A DNA stretch of 31,867 nt, taken from IMG/VR virus record IMGVR_UViG_3300032270_001022, positions 1 through 31,867 of that record; one strand, written 5' to 3'. This stretch comes from a virus. Lineage: Duplodnaviria > Caudoviricetes. A program made the translations under genes and the position numbers. How positions within the stretch are numbered: the stretch's first letter is position 1; each line of letters begins with the position of its first letter. The notes under the pieces were generated by a model that worked only from the letters and a program-made list of their open reading frames with translations, did not search any database and had not been told where the DNA came from. Shown piece by piece: positions 9,583 to 17,388 of the stretch.

Positions 9583-10454
9583 GAATTTTAATAACTGGTG
9601 ATGCTGGATTTGTCGGTGGATATTTCCACAAGGCGCTAGATGGCCACGACATAGTGGGCGTTGACATAAAGAACAATCTTGACGCTCGTAAATTCTTTGC
9701 AAAAGACGATACTTATTTTGACTTGGTTATTCACTTGGCGGCAATAGTCGGAGGCAGAGCAACCATTGAGGGTGAACCGCTTTCTGTAGCTGTTGATTTG
9801 GCGATTGACTCAGAACTCTTTCAATGGGCATTAAGGACTAGGCCGGGAAGAATTGTTTACTATTCATCATCAGCCGCATATCCGATCAGCCTTCAGGGTT
9901 ACGGCTCGCGACATCACTTGGTTGAATCAGACATTGATCTTGACGACATAAAATCTCCTGACTACACCTACGGGTGGGCGAAACTCACTGGCGAAATGTT
10001 GGCTGGTTATGCTGAAAAAGAAGGTCTAAGAGTCCACGTGTTTAGACCATTTTCTGGATACGGAGAAGATCAGTCACTTGACTACCCATTCCCATCATTC
10101 ATAAAGCGTGGCGTCGAAAAAGACAACCCATTTAAAATATGGGGAACTGGAAACCAGGTCAGAGATTTCATTCATATGGAAGATGTCGTGGCAGCAACAC
10201 TGGAAGCAGTAAAGCAAGACATACAAGGTCCAGTTAACCTCGGCCTAGGTAGAGCAACATCATTCAATGAACTAGCCGACTTAGTGGCAAAAGAGTGCGG
10301 TTACTCTCCTGAGTATGAACGGATAATTGGTGCACCCGAGGGGGTGCAGTACAGGGCTTGCGACCCATCTAAGATGCTGAGTTTTTACACGCCAAAGATT
10401 AGCCTTGAAGAGGGTATTGCGCGAGCTGTAAAGTACTTTGAATTAAAGAACTGA
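9579..10454 (+). CDS. NAD-dependent nucleotide-sugar epimerase/dehydratase (extended SDR)
   Basis: ILITGDAGFVG (GxxGxxG), HLAA, SSSAAY, YGWAK (YxxxK), WG.G.Q.RDFIH.ED. Start reassigned to ATG 9579 (ATGA overlap). Confidence 0.92.
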   Translation: MRILITGDAGFVGGYFHKALDGHDIVGVDIKNNLDARKFFAKDDTYFDLVIHLAAIVGGRATIEGEPLSVAVDLAIDSELFQWALRTRPGRIVYYSSSAAYPISLQGYGSRHHLVESDIDLDDIKSPDYTYGWAKLTGEMLAGYAEKEGLRVHVFRPFSGYGEDQSLDYPFPSFIKRGVEKDNPFKIWGTGNQVRDFIHMEDVVAATLEAVKQDIQGPVNLGLGRATSFNELADLVAKECGYSPEYERIIGAPEGVQYRACDPSKMLSFYTPKISLEEGIARAVKYFELKN

Positions 10455-10658
10455 ACCAGAATCCTTGTTGGCTCCGACCTTCTTGAGGCCCATTGCCATA
10501 GCGATTGAAAGTGCAACAGCAGTTACACCAATCTTCAGGTTTGCCGTGTCAACAAGACCGTCGTAGTCTGCTCCAGTGGCAATCCAGGCCCCCAAATAGG
10601 CCTGCATGAATGTTCTTGCTGCTCTTTCGGCAGTATCTTTGATGAAAGTTGAACTCAT
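10443..10658 (-). CDS. Holin, r1t-like
   Basis: FIKDTAERAARTFMQA motif and two hydrophobic segments. ATG 10658 follows AAGGAG, with extended -10 TGGTAAAAT at 10682-10690. Confidence 0.8.
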   Translation of the reverse strand: MSSTFIKDTAERAARTFMQAYLGAWIATGADYDGLVDTANLKIGVTAVALSIAMAMGLKKVGANKDSGSVL

Positions 10659-10681
10659 TTTGCTCTCCTTTGTTATGAACA

Positions 10682-10690
10682 ATTTTACCA
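10682..10690 (-). promoter_or_regulatory. Putative extended -10 promoter TGGTAAAAT for the holin
   Basis: TGn+TANNNT in the short gap between the baseplate gene stop and the holin RBS. Confidence 0.55.
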
Positions 10691-10693
10691 GTT

Positions 10694-12229
10694 TTATGGG
10701 TTTCCTAGCGCATACAGATTCAATCTGCCCTCTGGGTCTTGATCCAGAGACATTCTCTCTCCTCCGCTGGATGGCAACAACGAGAAGTTAATTGCATACC
10801 CAGCAGGTATTATCGGAGTCACAACTGACTCGAGAACGCTGAATTGATCTGACGTAAGCAGGTAGGTAGGTGTTTCGTTTACTCTTGTTTTTACGTTTAT
10901 TATCCATCGATTTTCGTATGATAATACAACTTCTTTTTCTCCAGACAAAAGTTCTTTTATCGTATTGACTAGGGAAGTTATTGTTCCTGAACTCAAACCA
11001 TAGTTTTTTGAGTCAACTTGGTATCTGCTGAAATCAAGACGGTTAGCAGCGTATTTCTCGATTGACGGATAAGAGACTTCTGTTATCGTCAGAGTTGATG
11101 CTGAAGTTGCGTCGTATTCATCGTCGTCCCAATACAGCTTTGTTGTATCACCATTGCTTCTTAATATAAATATTCCTTCAAACGTTGCATCAGAACCAGA
11201 TGATGCTTGGACCCTAACAACACCAGTGCCAGAGTAAAATGGCAAAAATACGCTAGAGGAATTAGTGCTAACGACTCCAGATTCACGAGTTACCGATATA
11301 GCCACCGCTGCATTCTCGGTCAAAGCAACGTTTGCGTCGATTAATGCATTTGTTTGTGGAAAGTTAAGTCTTGACGCAAAGATGTCTTTGGCGTCAACTA
11401 TGTTTCTTCCAGCAAATTGAGCAAGCCACTGAATAGTGCTTGCATCTGCCTGCAGGGGATCTACCAAAGCGCTTCTCAGCGTTAGTGGCATCAAGGGGTC
11501 GGACGGGTCAAAACCATCTTCTTTAGCAAATCTTATATAACTTAAATAAATAAGCAAAGCCTCATTGGCGTCTGCTAGTCCGATGTCCAAGAATCTACGT
11601 ATTGCAAATAAAGAGGTTTTATTGTTTTCTGCATTTCCATCATCCGTGTCGTGGTCTAAGTAAAAATTAGGCATATCTATAATGGTGTTAGACACAAATT
11701 GATTATCAAATAATGCATCTATGCATATAATTGCTGGAATCGACATAAACAAAGGGTTTTCACTGCCACCAAAACTGTTTACAATAAATGAAACAGAATG
11801 CGTATTCCCGTCGTCTGGGACAAGTATTGGGCGAGATCTAATTATTGACCATTTTCCGCCGATAATTGTATTGAGTCTAGAAACTGGCGGATTAACATCT
11901 ATTGAAAGAGTTGTGTCGACTTGAAGATTGCAGTCAATGGTCTCGGTTGAACGGCTGAAGGACATTACGTGAGCCTGAATGTACTTGCCATTGTATGACT
12001 GATCAAGATTTGCAATGTTTAAAACCGCACCAAAAGAATTTGCGTGATTTATTGGGTTTATCCCCAAAGCAAAATACGCTAAAGAAACATCATCATTCCT
12101 ATCTTTTGTAGGTTGATAGATCTCCGTTCCGCTTCGAATCGTTGACGCATTTATTGCTGTCCAGTCATTCGACTCCGTATTAAAAAGAGCATTGCTGCTG
12201 TCTATTAAATTTGTTGTTTTAACAGACAT
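10694..12229 (-). CDS. Baseplate wedge protein (P2 gpI-like) with N-terminal jelly-roll/CBM-like domain
   Basis: Directly follows the gpJ-like gene. ALVDPLQAD...IQWLAQFAG and a C-terminal PAG motif resemble gpI-type wedge proteins; the N-terminus reads TNLI..NA.F....W. Confidence 0.6.
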   Translation of the reverse strand: MSVKTTNLIDSSNALFNTESNDWTAINASTIRSGTEIYQPTKDRNDDVSLAYFALGINPINHANSFGAVLNIANLDQSYNGKYIQAHVMSFSRSTETIDCNLQVDTTLSIDVNPPVSRLNTIIGGKWSIIRSRPILVPDDGNTHSVSFIVNSFGGSENPLFMSIPAIICIDALFDNQFVSNTIIDMPNFYLDHDTDDGNAENNKTSLFAIRRFLDIGLADANEALLIYLSYIRFAKEDGFDPSDPLMPLTLRSALVDPLQADASTIQWLAQFAGRNIVDAKDIFASRLNFPQTNALIDANVALTENAAVAISVTRESGVVSTNSSSVFLPFYSGTGVVRVQASSGSDATFEGIFILRSNGDTTKLYWDDDEYDATSASTLTITEVSYPSIEKYAANRLDFSRYQVDSKNYGLSSGTITSLVNTIKELLSGEKEVVLSYENRWIINVKTRVNETPTYLLTSDQFSVLESVVTPIIPAGYAINFSLLPSSGGERMSLDQDPEGRLNLYALGNP

Positions 12230-14313
12230 TACTCACTCACAATTACGCTTATGTCGCTTGAATTCAATTGCGGAAGATAACCAATATGTGTCATTTCTAT
12301 CATCGAGTTGTAGTCTGGGTTCGTGATGTCCAGCGCCTCGTCTTCTTCTGAATTTATATCCATATCAAATATCAGCGTTGACATTGAAAAATTCGGATAG
12401 TGGAATATATAAGCACCACTTGCGCCAAATGCATTATCAATTTCACCCTCGTAAGAAACAAATATTTTTACAGATGTAGAAGTTGGCACTTCGGCAATTG
12501 ATTTTATTCCAACAAATGGGTTGTAGGCCGGAAAGTCAAGGTGCTGAAGTCCTGTGATGTACACCTGATCGTCAACAACAAAATCGTGTTCCTCCCCGAG
12601 CTCTAGGGTCATGTAGACTCCGTTTGATATTGGCGAAGTAACTGCAGTTATTTCGTATAGTTTAACGGTTGTGTCAAGGCTTATCGCGCTCGCATCAAGC
12701 GATGCTGTAAGAGCAGCAACAGTTAGAGCCGTTGTACTTCCAATTGTTAATTCATCATCGGTCAAGCTGGATACTATGGTTTTAGACAAAGTCAAATCAA
12801 AAAACTCTGTTGAGTATGGCGCGACTGAGACTATGTATGTTCCGTCTTGAATTCCAGTTCCCTCAACTTGAACACCTTCCTCAAACAAGAATGCCCTTTC
12901 TGCATGTCCGAATTCTCCGCTATTTACACGAATTACATCTTCTCCAGAAGTTCCGTTTGCGACAACAAGAAAACCTTTTCTGACAATTTCTAGCTCTGGA
13001 ATATCTAGTGGAGTTTCAAAATCTCCAGCATATATAACAGAGGTTAGATTTGCAGTTTGAATCGACTGAGACGCATTGTATTGACGAGTGGGCATGAATG
13101 AGTTGTCTACAAATTCAGTAGATGGAAGATCATATATCACAATATTTGTGTACCCAGCCGAAGCGGATTCATATATTGATCCAAATGGCGTGAGTGATCC
13201 AGCTGCTCTAAAACCCTTAACAGCAAGACCCATTGAGTAAACATAACTGATACCTTCCGCGTACTTGATCGCCAAAGATGAAAGTATTGCGCTAGAAATA
13301 TCAAATATTTCAAAATCCCATTCCGCAGGACTGACTCTAGTGGAGAGCTCTGTAACGACATTGTCTCTCACGACCGCTTTGTCAAAACCTGGAAGCTTTT
13401 CAATTACGCTATTTGACTTTACTTTTATAAAAACAGGGTTGCTGATATCTACGCTGAGACCCGGTATCGATCGTTCTGCTATTCCTGTAGATATTGCTTC
13501 AAGTGATTCTTGCTCGGTAAAAGTTGAACCACTAGAAAGCATGAAGACCAGCAGGTGGCCAACAAAGTCTGTGATGTCAATACCTGTTTTGTCATAGAGC
13601 GAAGAATCCGACAAAGCTTTCAAGGCAGGGCTCAAGGCCCTAACTCTTGTTACGACGGGATAACTAGAAAGAATATGAGCTTCAACTTGCCTCGGAGTGA
13701 TGAGTCCATCCGACAAAGACTGGAAGTATGTGCTTGCTCTTGTGAAATAAGAATTGTCGTCTTCTGAGTCTTGTCCGCTTGCAATGGTTCCGGATACAAC
13801 TGAAATAACTAGAGCATTTGATGAAAGAAGTTTCATGGAAGAGTTGCTTGAGATTGTTGGTATTGCTCCAGCAGCAGTGGAGATAACGTCTATCTCTATT
13901 TCTTCTACTCCATCAGCGACGCTTGTGTCGTCTAGTGCCGTAAAAACGTATTGATTGATTTGGCCATCGACTATTTCTTCGTAGGAAAATTGTGTTCCTG
14001 CAAAAATAGTACCCTCGTCACCAAGAAGAGTAAGTACGACAGTTCCGCTGCTCAGCGTTGCCTCGGTTCTTTCAAATCCAAAAACATTCAAAACACCTTC
14101 CATGAGGGAGTTTGGTAGGCGATTTATTGCAGCGACTAGAAAACCAGAAACATACGACATTGACTGAAGCATGGCGTCTTCCACAGTTCCGGTTCTTGGG
14201 GAGAAATCCGGCATAGAGGTGGTCGCGTACTCAACAGCCGATGCGTATATGTCTGACGGTTGAGCATCATAAGGTGTCAGGTCTATGTAATTAGAAAAGT
14301 CTGGTGATGGCAT
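12229..14313 (-). CDS. Baseplate J/gp47-like wedge protein, extended
   Basis: PDFSPRTGT.E..., FGFER..A..S.GTV, I.AGTQF, G.D.E.D..Y..R, IT..Q.E motifs of the gpJ family; position after gp25-like gene. Confidence 0.85.
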   Translation of the reverse strand: MPSPDFSNYIDLTPYDAQPSDIYASAVEYATTSMPDFSPRTGTVEDAMLQSMSYVSGFLVAAINRLPNSLMEGVLNVFGFERTEATLSSGTVVLTLLGDEGTIFAGTQFSYEEIVDGQINQYVFTALDDTSVADGVEEIEIDVISTAAGAIPTISSNSSMKLLSSNALVISVVSGTIASGQDSEDDNSYFTRASTYFQSLSDGLITPRQVEAHILSSYPVVTRVRALSPALKALSDSSLYDKTGIDITDFVGHLLVFMLSSGSTFTEQESLEAISTGIAERSIPGLSVDISNPVFIKVKSNSVIEKLPGFDKAVVRDNVVTELSTRVSPAEWDFEIFDISSAILSSLAIKYAEGISYVYSMGLAVKGFRAAGSLTPFGSIYESASAGYTNIVIYDLPSTEFVDNSFMPTRQYNASQSIQTANLTSVIYAGDFETPLDIPELEIVRKGFLVVANGTSGEDVIRVNSGEFGHAERAFLFEEGVQVEGTGIQDGTYIVSVAPYSTEFFDLTLSKTIVSSLTDDELTIGSTTALTVAALTASLDASAISLDTTVKLYEITAVTSPISNGVYMTLELGEEHDFVVDDQVYITGLQHLDFPAYNPFVGIKSIAEVPTSTSVKIFVSYEGEIDNAFGASGAYIFHYPNFSMSTLIFDMDINSEEDEALDITNPDYNSMIEMTHIGYLPQLNSSDISVIVSE

Positions 14314-14320
14314 TTTTCCT

Positions 14321-14620
14321 CTATCCGTTTATTTCAAAAGAGATTTCGAAGGTGTCAGTACCACCGTCATCAGATTTGATTTCTGTCAATTTTGTAATTG
14401 TTAATTCAGGAAAATTTTGCGCGACAAGTATTAACAATTGCTCTTTTGCCCCTGCATCAAAAGATCCGTCGATAATCCCAAATTTTGGCGTAATTTTTAA
14501 CTCGCCTATTTTTGTGACAATTCCAAGACCGAGGAGCAATTCATAATACGGCCTCGTTCCCTGCTGTAGACGAACGGCATCTCCGTCTTTGAATTCAAGA
14601 GGGAATTTTAGCGTATCCAT
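14321..14620 (-). CDS. Baseplate wedge / sheath initiator (gp25/gpW-like)
   Basis: LKFPL.F, T..GE...P.FG..D pattern; 99 aa; canonical position between spike and gpJ. Confidence 0.75.
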   Translation of the reverse strand: MDTLKFPLEFKDGDAVRLQQGTRPYYELLLGLGIVTKIGELKITPKFGIIDGSFDAGAKEQLLILVAQNFPELTITKLTEIKSDDGGTDTFEISFEING

Positions 14621-14626
14621 GTGTAT

Positions 14627-14635
14627 ATTATCGCA
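14627..14635 (-). promoter_or_regulatory. Putative extended -10 (TGCGATAAT) giving a leaderless transcript
   Basis: 6 nt upstream of ATG 14620; no SD present. Confidence 0.4.
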
Positions 14636-14638
14636 CCA

Positions 14639-15016
14639 TTAAGGGCGCAGAACCCCAAGGACGACTGCTTCTTCAAACCTATTGTCAAGAAATGTGCACA
14701 AAACAGTATTTCCCTTTTGGGGTTGCTCTGTTCCAATTGGTGTTGTATTCAAGGTTACGTTTGATAACGCCTGACCCGCTTCAGTTGTAATAAACGACTT
14801 TGTCAATGTATAAGAATTTCCGGTGACTGTAGTTAAACCACCTGCAAGATACTTGCATGGTCCTATTGTCGTTCCCGGGTTTATTCCTGGAACCGTTATA
14901 TAAAGACCATTAGCTGCAACTCTTACGACTTTTGCCTTGTACATTCCAGCTCCACCCATAGGCGCATATGAAGCCGCCTTGTCTGGGTCTACTGGTGGGC
15001 GATACTGAGAAGCCAT
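14639..15016 (-). CDS. Baseplate spike/OB-fold protein (gpV-like, short)
   Basis: GMY.AKVVRV...V.VP...P.KG..V...F......VVLG OB-fold pattern; follows the hub gene. Confidence 0.6.
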   Translation of the reverse strand: MASQYRPPVDPDKAASYAPMGGAGMYKAKVVRVAANGLYITVPGINPGTTIGPCKYLAGGLTTVTGNSYTLTKSFITTEAGQALSNVTLNTTPIGTEQPQKGNTVLCTFLDNRFEEAVVLGVLRP

Positions 15017-15018
15017 TT

Positions 15019-16689
15019 TTATCCACCTCCAACTCTAACTGCTGGGACTCTGGTCCCTGGAGGGAGATTAACATCAATTGCAGCACCAACGGGCGCAGCC
15101 GGCTCGGATACAAATTTTCCGTTTTCGTCAAGTGTTCCGTTTTTCTTTTTTAGTCTTTCTGGTGTTCTAAAAGTAAAAGCAACAGGATCTGGCACGCCTT
15201 CTTCGAAGTCAACGGAATCAATCAAATACATAGCATTAAATCCGTTGATGTCTGACAGCTGTACTGTCATTCCGGCACGCAACTGCTCTGCGTTGCTTCC
15301 GTTGTTTTGATCGTCAACCTTGAAAGAGTTTGTGAATACATCTTGACCGTTGAATCCAACAGATTTAAGGCCGTTATTCCTTATCAGTTTTGCTGACCCA
15401 GTTGCTTGCCATACGCTGTCATCTGAGCGCCTAACTGTTGGCATTTCTGTTACTTGGAATCTTTCATCGGCAATAGGCCAGGTAATTGGGATAAAAGTTT
15501 TAGCGGCAATTTTTTTCTGATATGCCATCAATGCTTTCTTTACATTTGAATTAAAAGTCCTAGTTGGTCCGCCAGTAAGGGGAATGTTCTTTTTCCTTAA
15601 GGATTGAGTCAAGTAAAGTACGTAGTTGCTTACCTCTCCAAATTTTGGTTTTTGGTTTGCAGGGTTTGCTGCTTGCGGAATTTTTCCTATTCCCGTGCCA
15701 AGAACACCAAGGGCTTTCAGGGTGTTCGCATCCACGACACCGTCGATTCTTACGTCGTCTTTATTCTTGTCAATTCCCCATTTTCCCAAGAGCCACTGTT
15801 CGCTTCCAAAAAACAAATACCCATCTGCTTCAAAAACTACAAATTGAGCGTCGCTTGCAAGCTGTTTCATTACGTCCCAGGTTGATTCTCGTTCACCAAA
15901 CTCATTGGCTGCAGACTTTATTTGTCTTGTTTTAGTAGTTTCTTGTCCTATGAAATCCAATTCAAAAGCTATGGCTACCTGTCTCGCCCAAGCCGTTCCG
16001 TTCGTGCCACTAAACCTTGCAGGGTTTTTGTCTCTTTTCATTCTTTGAATTGCCTCAGACCTGCATTCAAGAGTGACTTTTGGGGAAGAGCTTTCACCTG
16101 GAGAGTATTCAACAGACGCTATTTCGTATCTGTACCACTGGTCCAATTTTTGGTTGTAGTGAAGAACTAGCCTTCTTAGTCCTAGGTAGTTGTTCGGACC
16201 CTCGAGTAAGAAGTAGTTGTTATTCAGCATCTTCATATCCGGGTCTATTAAAGAGATTGTCATCTGTGCAGCACCATCGAGATTCCAGCTCATCTGAACA
16301 GATGTTATATTTTCGGTAACCTCCGAAGATATTTGGAAATCTGCTGCGTTCTTTATCTGGTATGTCTGCAATGCTTTAGTCGTTGGATTCTTTGCACCTT
16401 TTTCCCATACGCCAGTTGCTGACTTAAGGGGACAAGCAACGCCAAGAGCTTTTAGCGCTTTTATCAACGCCAACTGCAAGGCTCTTACGGCGGGTCCAGT
16501 GTCACCAACTTTGCATAATTTCGTTAATCCGAGCTTAGATGCGGTTGTTTCATCCAAAACTCCATCAATACGCGTTGCCCATCCAACAAATACTATGTTG
16601 AACGGAAAACCGGTAATTTTTGTATCTTCGGCCCCAAAGGGGTTGGTAATGCTCAATGTTTTTTGAGGGTCTGGTATTTGAGTTGCCAT
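15019..16689 (-). CDS. Baseplate hub (gpD/gp27-like) carrying two peptidoglycan-binding-like inserts
   Basis: ITSV......GAAQMTISLIDP, ESTWDVM.QLA...F.VFE.DG.L.F, LRAG.TV.L..I.GF...YLI.SV hub pattern, plus G..G.AV.ALQ..L and T.KAL..YQ segments. Confidence 0.75.
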   Translation of the reverse strand: MATQIPDPQKTLSITNPFGAEDTKITGFPFNIVFVGWATRIDGVLDETTASKLGLTKLCKVGDTGPAVRALQLALIKALKALGVACPLKSATGVWEKGAKNPTTKALQTYQIKNAADFQISSEVTENITSVQMSWNLDGAAQMTISLIDPDMKMLNNNYFLLEGPNNYLGLRRLVLHYNQKLDQWYRYEIASVEYSPGESSSPKVTLECRSEAIQRMKRDKNPARFSGTNGTAWARQVAIAFELDFIGQETTKTRQIKSAANEFGERESTWDVMKQLASDAQFVVFEADGYLFFGSEQWLLGKWGIDKNKDDVRIDGVVDANTLKALGVLGTGIGKIPQAANPANQKPKFGEVSNYVLYLTQSLRKKNIPLTGGPTRTFNSNVKKALMAYQKKIAAKTFIPITWPIADERFQVTEMPTVRRSDDSVWQATGSAKLIRNNGLKSVGFNGQDVFTNSFKVDDQNNGSNAEQLRAGMTVQLSDINGFNAMYLIDSVDFEEGVPDPVAFTFRTPERLKKKNGTLDENGKFVSEPAAPVGAAIDVNLPPGTRVPAVRVGGG

Positions 16690-16700
16690 AAACAGTTTTC

Positions 16701-17387
16701 TTACTTAACTATAGGTCCGACAAGCGGTTCGCCCTGACTACCAACTGCCTTGAACTGTCCTGATCCAGGAGGGGTCTCTCTCCATAGCAAACCAAGGTTT
16801 TCGGTTTTGGCAGGAGGAACTACTGGTGGAACATACGTGTATTTGAATTTTGGTATGAATACAGACTGCAAGAACGATGGATTATCTTGCCTACACGTAA
16901 GATTTACCGTTGCTCTTGTTGGAAGAAGTGTTCCACCTGAAGTTTGATCCGATGTCATTCGTGACTGAATAGCAAAATCTATGTTTGTGATTCTCCAGTA
17001 TGGCAGACTTCTAACACCCGGTTGACCGAACATCAAATCAAGTATCCGAGGGAAATTATAGAAAACTACGGGTGATCTTCGGTGTGGCCCATCGTTTGGA
17101 GGGTTTGCTATGGCGCGAAGTATTTGCAAATCTGTCTCAATTGAAGACATGTCGTTATTACCGACAACAAAAGACATAGATATTTCTACAAGACTTTCAG
17201 TTCCGAAGTCCGTCAAAGGAGCATTTCCAGGGCGGGCAATTTCAGCGTACTGTGGAGCTATGTTGCCAATCTGGAATTCGCTTGGTGGATACTTAAGTGC
17301 GTACATCGGTGGGTCAAGGCGACTCTCCGTATTACTAAAGTCGCCAGTACCGTCTGTTGCAAGACGTATTTGATAAACGCCAGCCAT
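16701..17387 (-). CDS. Tail tube initiator / distal tail protein (gpU-like)
   Basis: Position right after the tape measure; Y.EIARPG..PL..F, W.IT...F, P.RATVNLT pattern. Confidence 0.6.
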   Translation of the reverse strand: MAGVYQIRLATDGTGDFSNTESRLDPPMYALKYPPSEFQIGNIAPQYAEIARPGNAPLTDFGTESLVEISMSFVVGNNDMSSIETDLQILRAIANPPNDGPHRRSPVVFYNFPRILDLMFGQPGVRSLPYWRITNIDFAIQSRMTSDQTSGGTLLPTRATVNLTCRQDNPSFLQSVFIPKFKYTYVPPVVPPAKTENLGLLWRETPPGSGQFKAVGSQGEPLVGPIVK

Positions 17388-17388
17388 A

